Below are positions 49,001 to 62,976 of a DNA stretch of 64,000 nucleotides, piece by piece. The translations under genes and the position numbers were made by a program. Under the pieces are notes generated by a model. The model saw only the letters and a program-made list of their open reading frames with translations, was not told where the DNA came from and made no database searches. The stretch comes from Lepidodermella squamata (Eukaryota > Animalia > Gastrotricha): assembly GCA_047495785.1 (NCBI GenBank), contig JBLDXI010000032.1, positions 1,550,001 through 1,614,000 on the forward strand, in the 5' to 3' direction. Numbering within the stretch: position 1 is the stretch's first letter; each line of letters starts with the position of its first letter.

Positions 49001-52000
49001 TTGGAACTTGCGTTCGACGCAGAAATGGCCGAGGCCTAATGTTCCGAAAATCTTATCGATCGAAGCATTCGACGGCAATGTGCAGTTGAAAATGTTGAAC
49101 TGCCGTTTCAACCGGTTCGGAATGTCATTGCGACCACCGCCCGGGTGCGGCATAGCTGCGACGAATTGAATGTCGACCAGAGTTGTGAATTCGCCGGGCT
49201 TCTCCAAATTGTAAAACCCGCCGTTTTCCATCATTTGACGCGTGATTTCGTTTGTGACTTGATCGCCCCATTCGTTGATGATTGGCATGTTCACATCGTC
49301 GATGAAAATGGTCATTTTCTTGCCGCCTGGAGGGCCGAACGTCGTACCGACTCGTTTGTCTACGTAGGACTCAATCGTACGTTGAACCATTGTATTCGTT
49401 GTGGCAGATGAAAAGTTGAAGGACTGAAATAGAAAATAAAATTAATTGAAGACTGAAATTATTGAATTTCTGAAAAAAATCGAAATTTAATATTTAACAA
49501 TTTGAATTTCAAATAATTTTGAAAATTTTTAAATTTTTGAAAAATAATTTTCAATTTTTAATTTAAATTTTTTGAAATTTCAAAGAATTTGAAGTCATTA
49601 TTTTCCTCTTAATTCAATTTTTAATCAATTTTTATAGAAATTTTTTTATTTTTAAAACGCGATTTAATTCTCATACCTTGAACATGTGTGCTTCTGGGTT
49701 GTATTTCAGACCATAGCCCTTGATAATGACAGTCTTCGCCGTACCCTGCTCGCCAATAAGCAGCACCGCCTTGCCTTGCCTCGACAATAAATCGATGAGA
49801 AAATCAGTTCGAACATTATCAACGTTCGGCACTAGAATCGACGTGTACTCCGGCACTGAATCTTTCGGGTAGATGTACTCAGGAACGCGTTCAGCCCAGT
49901 GTTGCCACTCGCCATTTTCGCCGACAACGTATTCGAACATGCTGTGGTCGTCTTTGTTAGGCGGCAGGGGCAGGCGGGCGGGTAGCGCTCGCCATGTTTC
50001 TTCGAATTTTCGGCGATCTTGAAGCTCGAGCAGAGCGCCCAAAGACCACATGATTGAGAAGATGATCATGCGTTTAAGCTGGTCCAGATTGATATCTTTT
50101 TGATCTTCGAATGGCACCAGCAAGCCCTCGAGAATATCGATAGCTTGACGGATATAAATGCACTCTAACGAGTTCATTTTCGGTGTCAGAACCTGGTTTA
50201 AAAAACCGGAAAAATAATTAAAAATGCTCAAAAAATGATTCAAAGTGAGGACTCTAAATTAAGGAAATTCGTGAAATCTCAGACGTGAAAGACCAAACTG
50301 AAACTAGGTAAAATCGACCAATCACAAGATACTCGCTCAATAAAGACAAACAAAATAAAAAACGTACGGAGCTCTTTTGTGGATAAAAGCCAATGAAATT
50401 AACGGGTGATCATTACGCTTCATTGTGAATAAGATATACCTGTGCTACAGCGATGTAAAGTTCGGAAAAGCAGCAGTCGAAAGTGCCGAAAATTGGCGGT
50501 TCTTGATTTTGCGGTCGTTTCAGCAGCCAGGCTCGTAAAATCGGCTGCCAGTCGAGCTGCGAGCTCGACATGTAGACCATACCCATTCGCGAGACAGTAG
50601 CCGGCGAGGCGTTGTCAATAACATCGACTTCGAACACCAGTTTGCAATTAGGCGCCATGGGGATTCGATCACCGTTAGCCAGCGTCAATGTTTTGTTATC
50701 GTCCAATACGGAGTTCAAGTTTTCGATCCAAATAGCGTCGACGGGGCCGTCGAGAATAATCCAAACGTTTTCGGTCTTCTTGATTTTCAGCGATTTACGC
50801 CACAGGGTTGAGAAAATACCGTCAGTCCAATCATTCGTAGCCACTAAAAATTGGGAAAAGATATTTTTAAATTTAAAATTGTTCAGTTTTTAAATTTTCA
50901 GATTTTAAATTTCGCAAATTTCAGTTTTCAAATTAAAAAATAGATTTTGATATTCAAATCTTAATTTTTTCCAAATTAATTTTTTAATTTTTTAATTCTT
51001 AACTTAATTTTTATTTTTATTATTTATTTATTATTTTTATTCATTTTTATTTTTTATTTTTTATTTATTTCTTTGAATAATGAACTGACCATCAAGTCGG
51101 CCGAACATTTGCGGCGCCGTGATAGCTTTCGGATTCATGCGCCACTCTTTATGCGGCTGTCCACAATCAGTCATAGCCCTCAACAAAATCGTGATGCACT
51201 TCGACTTCCCGGCTCCAGTCGGGCCCAGGGTCATGATACCGTGACGGACACGCTGGGTCTCGTACAGCTGAATCAACTTCAACGTCCACGGCGGGTGGTT
51301 AATCAATTTCGCCTCTTGCACCTGAGCGGCAATGGCGGCTTCCATTTGCGGGTAACCAGCCTTGGGCAACACCATTCCAGGGAACAAATCTTCGATTAGG
51401 GACATGAAAAGAGGCTCATCTTCATCGACCAGCTTAGAAAGATTCATGTCACGTAAAACACGCATGACAATAGCAGGTTCCGGGTCGTTCGGGCTGCCTC
51501 GTTTCACGGTACCCAGGGTTCGAAGGACTGACAGAATGTTTCGCAGACCAAAATCGTAATGGACCTGTTTCGACAGTTGTTCTTCGCAAAGTTTGTAGAG
51601 GGTGTAGAATTTTTTCGATAACATGACGTTTTGCTGGAAACCAGCCGAGGCAAGTTTGACGCGCATGATGATAGCTCGATCTGGCACCATCATAGCGCAA
51701 GTTCGGAAGTTGATCTTCAAGTTTTCGGGCAGTTCTTGACGACCGGCGTAGCCAGGGTTCATGGTCAAGAAAAGGCCAAATTCCGGATCCATATCAACCA
51801 CATCACCGTCCTATTGAAAAAATTTAAATAATCAAAATTTTAATATTTTTGAAAAAAAATTTAATTTGAGAAAATTTAAAAATCTTCAAACTCCTAAAAA
51901 AAAACCAAAATGTTGAAATTTTATTTTTCAGAGTCAGCGTCGATATTTGAAATCTAAAATTAAATGTTTACAATATTACTTCAAATTTTAAATTTTTTGA

Positions 52001-55000
52001 ATTTTTTTGAATTTTTAAATTTTAAAACACACCGTAAACACGAACTGGGACCGTTTCTCCTTTTTGCAAGACAAAATGATGGCAATTTGTTGGGCAGCGA
52101 CTGATAGCACAGGTAAATCGATTCGATTGAACTCGTCGAAACAGCCCCAAGATCCAGACTGAGCCAAACCCTTGTAAATACGGCCCAAGCCACGATAGTC
52201 CATCTGATCCGAACAATTGAAGACGACAACGTATTTCCCGAGGCAACGGCCCATATCTTTCGTAGTTTCAGTCTTCCCAGTACCGGCTGGCCCGGCCGGG
52301 GCGCCGCCCATCGACATGCCAAGAGCTTGAGCTAGGGTGATGTAGCAACGATCAGTCAATGGGGTGATTACAAGTCGATCCGTGCAGCCCAAAAATTCGT
52401 TTTGATAAATAAAATCGACGTTGGTAATCGAAACAATGCAGCGGTCTTCTTCCTCCTTGAAGTAGAAACGGCTTTGTTTCAGCCATTCAAAGTCGAACAC
52501 AGACTTGATGTGCATCTTGACGAGATCGTCGAAAATATCGCGTTGATGCACGTGGATCGTAATCAAGGTTTCGTATTTGACTCGCTCGAATTTAGACAGA
52601 TCTTTCGTGGTGACGTCGATGAGTTCGTTCAAAATGTCCAAAAATCGCTGATTGGCAACATTCATCGCTTTTTTGTCATGTCTAGCCGCGTATAGAGCCT
52701 CTTCCGCATCACCTGAAAAAATCGAAAAAATCTCAAACTCAATCTGGAAAATTTGAAAATTTAAAATGAAACAGAAAATTAATTAATTTAAAATTTAAAA
52801 AATTAGTAACTGAAAAAATTAAATAGAATTAAATCAGGGAATAATTGCTGAACTTACGAGTCCAGATCATTTGAATGCCCAGCAAGCCAATTTGGGCCGG
52901 AAACTGGTTTTCGAAGTCGAGAAGCTTGAAGGAAGAAACGTCCTGAATTGTGATCCAAGCAGCTCGGATGACGCCATTCACAGATCGGCGAGATTCACGC
53001 AATAAATCAGCCAACCAAGCTTCAACGTTACCCTGAAAATTGATAATTAAAATTTCGAAAATCAAGTTTTTTCAAAAAAAATTTGTAATTTTAGGAAATA
53101 ACATTTACCTGAGCCATACAGTAAGATTCGAGCTGGACCATTTCACCCTCGCTCGAAATAACAGCAACAATTTTGTCGTAAGATTTTTCGTCAAACTTGA
53201 CATTTTTCGTGTTATCAAAAATTGACAACAAATGCGCTTGGATGGTATGCGAATCCGACGCCTGGCCCAAAATTTCCAACAACTGCGGGTCGGAAACGAA
53301 GAAAAATCTCGGGAATAACAGACGCTTCTTCTCCAAATAACCAGCCAGCGATTTTTGGCACAACTCGAGCTGCTCGCTTAAATGCGGCAAAATTTGTGAC
53401 AGCGTATCGTCCGAGGTGCAGCAAGTCACGACCAGGGTGTTTTCATGGGCTCGCCGCATGACATTCTGCCACGATTTATCGATATTCGAAAATCGTTTCG
53501 CCTCGGCTGGCAACTGTTTCGCGATATCACCACCGACAAAAACCGCCTCAAGGTAGACCCACAAATTTTGGACATACATCCATTTTTCGATAATTTCGGA
53601 TGTCAGCGACAATTTATTGACCCACTCTTGAATTTTCGCCTTGAAGGGTGTGTTGTATCGATTTGACATCAAAGAGCCTAGGACCATTAAGCTGTCCTCG
53701 AGCGCGGCGATCAATTCCTGAACTGTGTCGCCCTTCAGCAAAAGTTCTCCCTTGTTTTTGAAGGTCCCGAATGTGAAAACTCGAGCCAGCCAGTCGTTCA
53801 TCACAACCTTCAATTTAGCCTCAATATCCTTTTCCTTCACGGCTGAAATGCAGATGTCTTCGATATCTTCTCGGTATTTCAGCAAAGGAGCTTCCATTAA
53901 ATTTCGAAGGCAAAACGTGTCAGATTCGTAGTCGAATTTGTGTCCAGTCAAATTTTCAATTCGTTCCCAATGCCGTTTCTGCATTGATTTGTTGGCCATC
54001 AACTCCATTAGGGGGCAAGTTTCCGAGAAATCGTTGATAGTTTTCGACAACGCGTCATACGCCTTCCATTCTTTGAGCGCTTTCGGCAATTTTCGGCACC
54101 GATTTTGAAATTCGGCGAGTTCGGTGTTGATTTTTTCAACGTTCAAATCAGCCCACATCATTTCGTAGTAGTTGTTCACTGAATCGATGACTTGATTGTA
54201 GAGTTGGTACAGCTTTTGCAGTAGATTCAGTTCTCGCTTCACACGTTGAATTTCCGGGTAAGGAGTAACAGGTAGGCCAAATAGCTCCTCGCCGCCACTA
54301 TCAATTTAAATCACAAAGCTTATTAAAATTTCAAATCGATTTTTTGTATTTCAAATTTTGCAGTGAAATTTTTCAATTTTAAGTAAAAACTCAAATTCAC
54401 ATTCTGCAATTTAATTCACATTTAAATGTTTGACAAAATTAATTTTAAAATTTCAATTTTTTTAATTTCAATTAAAACAAAAAAATGGATGAAATTTTTG
54501 TTGGCCAACCTGTATGAAACGAATTTGCCCCACAAATCGTCGAAATCCGATTGGAAAATGGTCATTCGATCCGAAGCTTCTCGAGGCGGTATGCCCTGCA
54601 CCATCGGTCCTCGTTTTTCATAGGCTTCGACGTACTTCGTCAAAGTAACGCCGTAAATCTTGATATTTTCGATCAACTCAGTCTTGAACTCGGGCTGAAC
54701 GGCCAGCAAATGGTCGCCAACTTCAACGGCGAGTTCTCGCACTCGTTTCCAGCCATAGCCGAGCGAATCTACCCGCTCAGCATTTCCGTCACTGAATTGA
54801 AGCTCGAGCTTATTCAATAGCCCATATGCTTCTTCAATAGGTCGGATAGTCATATCAATTCGGATTTCATTCTCCCGAATTTCTTTCAAAGCCGCCATCG
54901 CGCCTCGAATATCGTCAAGATCTTTGATCGGCCGCGATAATTTGATAGTTTGCGAGTCGAAAAATTGGAATAATTCCGCCATTTGCAGGCCGGCTTTTGC

Positions 55001-58000
55001 GTTCAACGCCTTAGCGTAGGCGACCTTCCAAGCCCTAGCCTCTTGAATCAGGGCCAGGCGAAGTTTCTCGGTCAGCAGAACCAGCGGGCCAACTTGGAAA
55101 GTCGGCTTAATTTCTTCGAGGGAAGTTTCGCGTTGGTGATAAGTTTTGATAATCGCCTCAAATTCCGCGTAACTCGGCTGCCGTTTTTCGAACTCGGCCA
55201 CCCCAGCATTAGGCTCTTGCTGCCACAAATCGGCATGGACATCGAGGTGTTGTATGACCTTTTCAATGCCACTTCGATTTCCGCTGATTATCGACTGAAG
55301 TTGGCCCATATGACGGAAAACGTCCTTGTGATCCGAAATTTGACGGGCATGGATTTGATGCAGTTGGTCATGGGTTGCCTGATCTTCGTCTGATAACGTT
55401 TCCGAGTCTTTATTCAACAATGCCAGCATTTGGTGAACCTAGAAATTGATTAATTAATTGAATTGAATTTTTTATTTTAGAATAAATAAATTTAAAAATT
55501 AAATTATTAAAAATGAAAAATTTAAATTTTATATTTTTTTCAAAGATTTTAATTTCAATTTTAAATCTGTTAAAATTTTAATTTTTTGAAAATTTCTTAG
55601 TCGAAATTTAGCAATTATTTAAACAAAATTTAAAATCGCTGACCTGATGCTGCCACAGGGTGACTGATTGTGGAACTTTTAGGATAGCCTGGGTGATTTT
55701 AGCAACCGACTGTTGGACCTCCTCAAGTGACGGCTTCAGCACAATTTGCGGGATGGCCAGGGTCAAATCAACCGCAAATACCGGCATCATGTTACTGCGG
55801 CTCTTTTTCGCCGTTTTCCCGTAAAAATCCTGCTGCACCTGTAAACGGCGCCGTAGGGTGTCCAGTGCCTGAGAGGCGCATTTTATCAACGCATCGCTTT
55901 TCTGTTGCGTCAGTTGGCTCATAATCGAGAAGAAAATACAGTTTTCACATTCGCCGCATCGTTGTGTCAGCCGTTGTTTTGATGAATCATCCGGGGGTGG
56001 CTGCTGGGGTACGGGAGTACCCTGGCCCGGAGCTGTTAGGGTGTTCGCAAGAGCTGCCTCTTGTTTAGCCTGCATTTGCTGAATAGCCCTGGGGTAAAAT
56101 TCAAAATCAGCCAAAGAAAGCAATTGCGAAAAATTCAATTAGTGAATTTCTATTGTTTTCTATTTGCTAGTGATTTTTTCGACAAATCTATGCTATTTTG
56201 GAACCTCAAATTTTCATAAGCCGAGCTCGAGCCACGAGTACTGTCAAATAAATAAATTTAAAATAAAAGCAATGACTACAATGCTGTGCTTTTTCTAGGC
56301 TAAATAAATCCAACCTGCGATGAACGGCTGAGTTAACCTCTCTTTAAAAATTACCAACAAAAATCGGATAATTTTTTGAGATTTTTTTCATGACTTACTT
56401 GGCCACAGTTCGGCACATGAAGTAGCCAGAAACGCCTGGGATCGATTTTTCGCTTCTCTCCGTCTCCGAGCCGAGTCGAGCCGCGTCGCCCGGGTCGCGC
56501 TGGCTCTGCATTGACCGCAGCAGGGTGACCAATTCCAGGACAGACGCTTCAACCTGGCGCGTTATCGAGTTGATTTCAGCGCCGATTTCCGCAGCTCTTT
56601 CTTCGCTCTGGGCAACGAAATCGGCAACGTGGGCCGGTTCGTCGGTTGGCATTTCAATCAGCGGCATTTCGGCAACTTCGCGAAGACGTGCTTCGATTCT
56701 AAACGCGACCAAATCGTCGATTTGTGAGACTAGGGTGTTGAACTCCTTCAACCCGGCGTGGCATGATTTTATGAAGCCGTCGATTGAAACAGACCGCCAT
56801 GTGACGGTTAGTAAACCGGGTGCTAGGATTTTCTCGAAGCGAGACCTGATAACCTTGATAACAGGGCCGAGAATGGGCGGAATGCGGGATTTTATGGTTT
56901 CGAATGACTTCAACATCTCCTCGAGTTCGATCTTCCATTGCTTGAATTGCGTTGATTTCTTTTGCAGGGCTTCTGCCGCAGGTGGCACCTAGATAATAGA
57001 AATTAATAAAAAATTCAAATCCTTTTAACAGTACTAGAAAAGTTGCGGAAAAATTCGAGTTGTTTAATTTTTGCATTATATTATTTATTTTCGTTTCTAA
57101 CCATTTGCACCAATAAAAATGAGGCTCCATCACTAAATCGTCCTGGTTTCCGTTTACGAAATATTCCGAAAAATTCTTGATGTTCCAAGACGGATGATAT
57201 CGGAAAAATCACTGATTTGTAAAATCGATACTTGGAATCGATATCGGCTCTGCAGACTGAAATATTAATCGTAAACTGGCAAGTCATGGCGCAAAATGCG
57301 CGTAATATAAATATCTATCAATTCGGTACGGTAACAAAAACGTCAGATTCCAGTGGAGGCATGAAACTCGAAAAAACCCTAGTTTAAGGAAATTATGCGC
57401 TGAAACCATTAGGGTGACCCATTTCTTATTTTCCCCTAATTTCAGCCAATTTTGAGTCGTATAAGTTTATGGCATTACTGAATCATTATGGCATTATGAT
57501 TCAGTTATTCCAAATTAGGAGTCTAAGCCACCATAGCGATTCTGTTTTCAAATTTTCTTTTTCCATCTTGATAGTTTTTGGATTCTTTGTAATGTTAAGA
57601 AAATCTCAAAGTAGGAGATGTAAATAATTGGTTTCAAAGCCCAAGTTTGCTAAACCAAAGCTTTTTCATTCCACGTTTTGCTAAACCACTTTTTCATTCC
57701 GGATATGCTCGGATATTTTAGGTGGAGAAAATTTCAAATTTCAAAGGTAAATTTTTGTCACCTAATTCAGGCCTCTGTAGAAGTTTATACATTTTTCATT
57801 TATGAATATTTAAGCGAGGAACGTTTCAGGAAATCCGTTCGCGGTGTCCATTCGACCTTTTCCTAACTAATGGATAGAATAAGGAAATAGGACACGAAAT
57901 ATATTGAAGCACCTACTGATCACTTGATAGCGATAGAACACTAGACATCACCAAACAATTTTGTTCAAAAGAAATGTTGATTATTTATGGCATCTTTTTC

Positions 58001-61000
58001 GCAGCAGTACTCAAGTTAGCAATGGCGATAAGCAAGCCTGTAGAGCTATCAATTCTGAAACTAATTCCTACAAGTGGTCTTGGAGCGCAAAATGGCGAGG
58101 CTTGTCGGGTTGCAAACCAAATCGTCACAGATTTCGTCAATTCAAGGCCAGACATTCTACCCAGCTACAGAATCAACATGATCTACGAAGATGAATTCGT
58201 CGGAAATCAGGCAACTTCAAAGGTGATAAATTTTATCTCGAATTCGAGTTTCAGCCATAAATCGCCGCTAATTTTCGGGCCTCATTTCTCCACCGGGTGC
58301 AAAGCCGTAGGACCAGTGCTACCAAACATCAATTCTATTGCACTAGGATCTTGCACTGCGATTTACCTGGCTGATAGATCAAGGTATCCAAGCCTGTTCC
58401 TTAGTATAACATCAGCTCAAACCACAGCTTTAGCAATGTTAGCCTTCATCCGAAAAATCGGTAATTGGAACAGGTTTGGATTAGTCACAAATACGGGTAA
58501 CATCAACGACTACGGCGCTGCTCAGTTTTTGATTGAGGAGGCTTCAAAAACCGGCTTTTCAATCCCATGGTTCGATATGACCCCAGAACCCGATGAATCT
58601 ACGGTTTTAGCCCTGAAACAACGCGACATTCGAATTATTGTCGTCTTAGTATCGAATGACCGACTTTTTCAGAAATTAGTCTGCGAGGCTATCAAGGTGG
58701 GAATAACTGGGAAGAAATTCATTTTTCTCTCAGACCCAGCTGCTTTCACTGACCCTTCACTACTACCGAGTAATGCAACGACTCAAGGTTGTAGGAAGTC
58801 GGAAATTTTCGATCAATATATTCGAACTATCTGGATTGGAACAACCTACCAGCCATCTGACGCTGATAGGACGTGGAAATCGAGTATAAATCAAACTTGG
58901 CCCGAATTTGAAGCAATGCTCCTGAATCGAACTGGCGGCAGACTCCCGGCTGATGCAAATGCAAGATACATATGCTACGATGCCGCCTTGAAAGGAATTT
59001 TATCCCTTCACGAAGCTGAAATTGCTTTGAATACACAAAATTTGACCTTATCAAACTACTCTGAAATGCCATCGCCAATAGTCGAAGCTGTTAAATCTGC
59101 TCTATTGGATTCAAAAGTGTCCGGATTGAGGGCTGGTATGTTAATTTTCAACAAAAACGGCTCGCTGAGTAGTGACCAAACACAAATTGGTTTTTGGTCT
59201 CCAAGAAATGGCTATATCTTACTAGGAAAAGCACGGAAGAATTCATTCAACACATCTATCTCCAATTTTGAAATTATTCTTCATCGAGACATTGGCGATT
59301 TCATTCAATTACCAAACGACCAGCCAATTTTCGAAAATATCTCTATAAATGTCCCAAATTCGATTTTCGATGCAGTTTTATTATTTGGCACTATGGAAAT
59401 CTGTCTCGAATTAGGAGCGGTTATTTTCTTCAAAGTCCTAGATAAGCGCAACAATTGTTGGAATTATTTCAAATTAACTAGATTGGCGAATTCAGTTAGC
59501 TCGATTTTTTGCGATGTTGGCGCGATTCTACTCGCTATTCCTGAAATATCACCTCAAATCATGATTTTAGCCACGTTAATAACATGTTTGGGACTAGTTT
59601 CTATGGAATCTATGTTATCCTGCAGAACTATCATACTTTTCGTAATATATCGACGCCGCAAAGGTCGTAATAATAGGATGGCGAGATCAGTTAAGAACAG
59701 TGATAACTACAAGAAATCGAGGTCAAAATTTTGTCTAAAAATCGTCGACTGGAAACGAATTGACCTACTATCACTAGGACCTTCATGGATTTTCGCGATC
59801 TTTTTTGTCTGTGTTTCTATGTCTTTAACAATGACTGATAGTCCCAGTTGTGAATGGCAACAAATAATCGAGCCAGAAATTGTAATGGAAAGCGATAAAA
59901 TATTGTCTCATTTCGATTATTTATGCCAAGTGAAAAATTTGAGCATTGTTATGCTTGCATTTATGGTAATAAGTCTGACCTTACTTTTCTTTGGAATTTT
60001 CGCCCTTTCTCAAATTCATTTTTTTCGCATCAGAGTGAGAGAATTTCCGGAGAAAAACTATTCTTTTCTTTGTCTTGCGAATACGTTGACACTTGTCATT
60101 GCCTGTTCGCTAGTTATTTTGATCTTGGAACGCTTTTCGCAACAGCGAGTCGCTGCTTCATTCTCGCTGCTTATTTTGACTACTTCAAACTGTTTTATAT
60201 TGTTATTACCTTTGGTCAGGAAGTGCAAAGAGCGAGTATAGAGCGCAGTCTCAAATTCTACACCTTGAACCCTTGAATAATGGGAGACGGCGAAAAATGA
60301 ATAAAATTGCCTACCTTAAGGCGCATTTTCAGCATGAATCGCGTTTCTTCGAATAATTCCATCATTTTCGGGTCGAAATTGACGAAAATCTGCGCTGTAT
60401 TCGGGTGTTGTACCAACACAGTCGATCCTAGCCCAATCAAGGCCGATTCGACAGCCTCACACCAAGATTGGTGGTACAAAACCTCGTACTGAGTCAAAAC
60501 AGCCGCCACCTTGTTGTAAGTCATTACGATCTTCTTCGCCTCGGGCGATTTAATCAACGGCTCGCGTTTCTTCAACAAATTCATCGGACCTTCGATCGAG
60601 AGGTAAAGCTGCCGGGCCCAGGCGATTTTCGAGGCAACGGGCGGCATGTTTCGACTCGGCGGAGGATTCAGTCGATTTTTCTGGTAAATTTTCTTGACAT
60701 TGTCAAGATCTCGAGCGAACTGTTGCAAAACCCGGGAGTATTTATCTTTCAAATCCATTTGAATGCCCTGAAGAGACTCGAATTTCGAGAGAAGTTGCAG
60801 AAATTTAGCGACACTGAGAGGCTTGTCGAACCAGGCGTCGACGTACTTTTGCAGTTGCATGTTGATCGTGTCGATCTGGCGCTGAAATTCAGCGAAATCA
60901 GTGTCGAATTCGGTCTTACGAACGTCGAGAAAATCGTAGGTTTTACGCCGCATTGCGTCGGCTACGGTTTTGAATTTGTTGACAATTGGATCGAGGCCCT

Positions 61001-62823
61001 CGAGGCGAACATTAGCCAGGGCCGAGTAGTTGTAGATGTTGTTGACAAGCGCCAGAACGCTGGTCAGACGGCCGCAGAAAGCGTCAAATTTTCCGAAAAC
61101 TGAAAAAATTAAAGTAAAAAATCCTCCTTAATTTATGAAATTTTAAAATCATTTTAAATTAAATTAAAAAATCCTCCTTAATTTATTTTATTTTAAATTC
61201 ATTTTAAATTACCGTAATTTTCGCTGAACTCAAAATGCCGTTCAGTATTCGACTCTTGAAGGCGAGATTTCGCCCGCTGAAATGACTCTTGGTAGCGTTG
61301 GTTCAATTTAACGCAATCATCAGCACGCCGCACGAGGACATCACGTTCAATGTCCCAAATTTTGCTCTCATCGCCCATGATGTAATTGCGGCACGATCGG
61401 ATCATTTGATTCGTAATTTTAACGAACAGACTCGTCATGCGATCGCTGGTGTTGTAGTACTGCGAGACGGCGTAGATCATGCCGATAGCGTTCATTAGAC
61501 CCGGCAGGTGTTCAACCATTTGAACGGGCCCGCAACGGCTGAGAAGGGTCATAAAGTTGTCGAGCGTGTACAGGTACTTGACATTGTCGCGGGCTTCGTT
61601 CATCGCGACTGTCACGCGGCTGTCGAGTTCACGAAATCGGACACATTTCCGGGACTTGGCAACGTGCAACAGGCGAAGGACAGCCTAAGAAAAAAATTTG
61701 AAGTAAAAATTCGGCATTCTTATAAATCGGTTTATAATTTTTGTTATTTTATTTTTTATAAATAAATTTAATTTGAATTTTACCTGACAACGAGGTGTTT
61801 TGATTTCTTCGATTAAATTCGCGAATTTTGCCAATCGCGATTTCCAATAAATTAATTCGGCCGATGGCCCGGCGTCGTGCGCCTCTCGTCGCATTTGGTC
61901 CGATTCGGTCAACACCTGTTCGATCTGACCTAGCCACACGTCGATGACTGATTCAAGGTCTACAACAACGTCTGGGTTCGTCGCCAATCGCTGGCATTCA
62001 ATCGGCGATTTAACGATTTCAATTAAATCCTCCTTATTAGTTTTTGCAAGGGCGGTTTTCCCTCTAATTCCGTCCTCGGCTGATTGCAGGATTTGAATGA
62101 ATTTATCCAGTTGTTGGATGAAATCTTCCGGGCCGTCTTTTGACAACTGACCCCAATCGTCGAGTTTTCGCAGCGATGGAACCATAAATTTCGACAAAAC
62201 CTCGGCGATTGTTGACAATAGGGTGGATTTACCGAGATGAAACGACGACGTAATAATGTCTTGCGAAACATTGACAGCATTAATCGGCTTTGACGTATCA
62301 TCCGTGGTTCGCAGAAAAGTAATACATGTCCCACTTAGAGGCTGAAAATTCGAAAATTTTTGAAAAATCATCTTCACATAAGTATTCTTAATACCTCTGT
62401 TGAGCCGCTGGTAACAAAAAGCCGTTTTCCATCTGATGTTACCGGCTCGATATCAACAGCATCTTGGTAGAAAAGCGTTAAATATCGCCGGCCGCCGTTT
62501 CGCGCGTTCAGAAATTCGTCGAACTGATCGAACTGCTCGTCGCAGGCGAGGAAATTTTCGACCTGTTCCGTATCGAGCCCAGAACACATGGCGATATGCT
62601 GAGACAGGTATTTGTACCGCTCATCTTTCATCTCAACGAGGCGCCTCTCATCCCTGACTAGTTTCTTTATCTGAGGTTTGCCTTTGTTTTGATTGCCATG
62701 AGGGAATATCTGATAAACCGATTAAAAATAAGAATTTTTTATGACGGAATAATGTAATTTTTTTACCGATTCTCTTTTTGTGGAGTTTATTAAAGGCGGC
62801 GCGAGATCTCCAGATTCCGCCAT
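43006..62823 (-). CDS. DNAH5: Axonemal outer-arm dynein heavy chain, gamma type (DNAH5/DNAH8-like), ~17 exons, ~4600 aa
   Basis: P-loops [32 protein letters not shown]. Also [33 protein letters not shown] and C-terminus [14 protein letters not shown]. First exon [19 protein letters not shown] at 62823-62767. DNAH5 versus DNAH8 or another gamma paralog cannot be resolved by eye. Confidence 0.93.
47210..47308. repeat. 33-bp AT-rich tandem repeat x3 in a dynein intron
   Basis: Unit aaaatttctcctgaaaattaaaaagttaaaatt; cctg recurs at 47219, 47252 and 47285. Confidence 0.8.
57974..60241 (+). CDS. Intronless divergent class C GPCR (GABA-B-like), 755 aa, nested antisense in dynein intron 56989-60314
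   Basis: Signal peptide, [69 protein letters not shown], and seven hydrophobic segments. Confidence 0.87.
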   Translation: MLIIYGIFFAAVLKLAMAISKPVELSILKLIPTSGLGAQNGEACRVANQIVTDFVNSRPDILPSYRINMIYEDEFVGNQATSKVINFISNSSFSHKSPLIFGPHFSTGCKAVGPVLPNINSIALGSCTAIYLADRSRYPSLFLSITSAQTTALAMLAFIRKIGNWNRFGLVTNTGNINDYGAAQFLIEEASKTGFSIPWFDMTPEPDESTVLALKQRDIRIIVVLVSNDRLFQKLVCEAIKVGITGKKFIFLSDPAAFTDPSLLPSNATTQGCRKSEIFDQYIRTIWIGTTYQPSDADRTWKSSINQTWPEFEAMLLNRTGGRLPADANARYICYDAALKGILSLHEAEIALNTQNLTLSNYSEMPSPIVEAVKSALLDSKVSGLRAGMLIFNKNGSLSSDQTQIGFWSPRNGYILLGKARKNSFNTSISNFEIILHRDIGDFIQLPNDQPIFENISINVPNSIFDAVLLFGTMEICLELGAVIFFKVLDKRNNCWNYFKLTRLANSVSSIFCDVGAILLAIPEISPQIMILATLITCLGLVSMESMLSCRTIILFVIYRRRKGRNNRMARSVKNSDNYKKSRSKFCLKIVDWKRIDLLSLGPSWIFAIFFVCVSMSLTMTDSPSCEWQQIIEPEIVMESDKILSHFDYLCQVKNLSIVMLAFMVISLTLLFFGIFALSQIHFFRIRVREFPEKNYSFLCLANTLTLVIACSLVILILERFSQQRVAASFSLLILTTSNCFILLLPLVRKCKERV

Positions 62824-62976
62824 TTTATTGCTTTAAAAATCACCAAAATAATGATACCAGCTGCCTAAATTTGTGAAATAAAAATAATAAACAAAGGTGC
62901 TGTATGTTTAAGAACCAGCTGGAGGCTGTTAGCGTATAGAATAAGGTGGCTGCAAGCTAAAGCCGCCTGAAAACCG

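Noticed and set aside
43427-62657. Many plus-strand and off-frame ORFs over dynein exons
   Set aside because: Antisense or alternate-frame shadows of long coding exons; only 57974-60241 is a genuine plus-strand gene.
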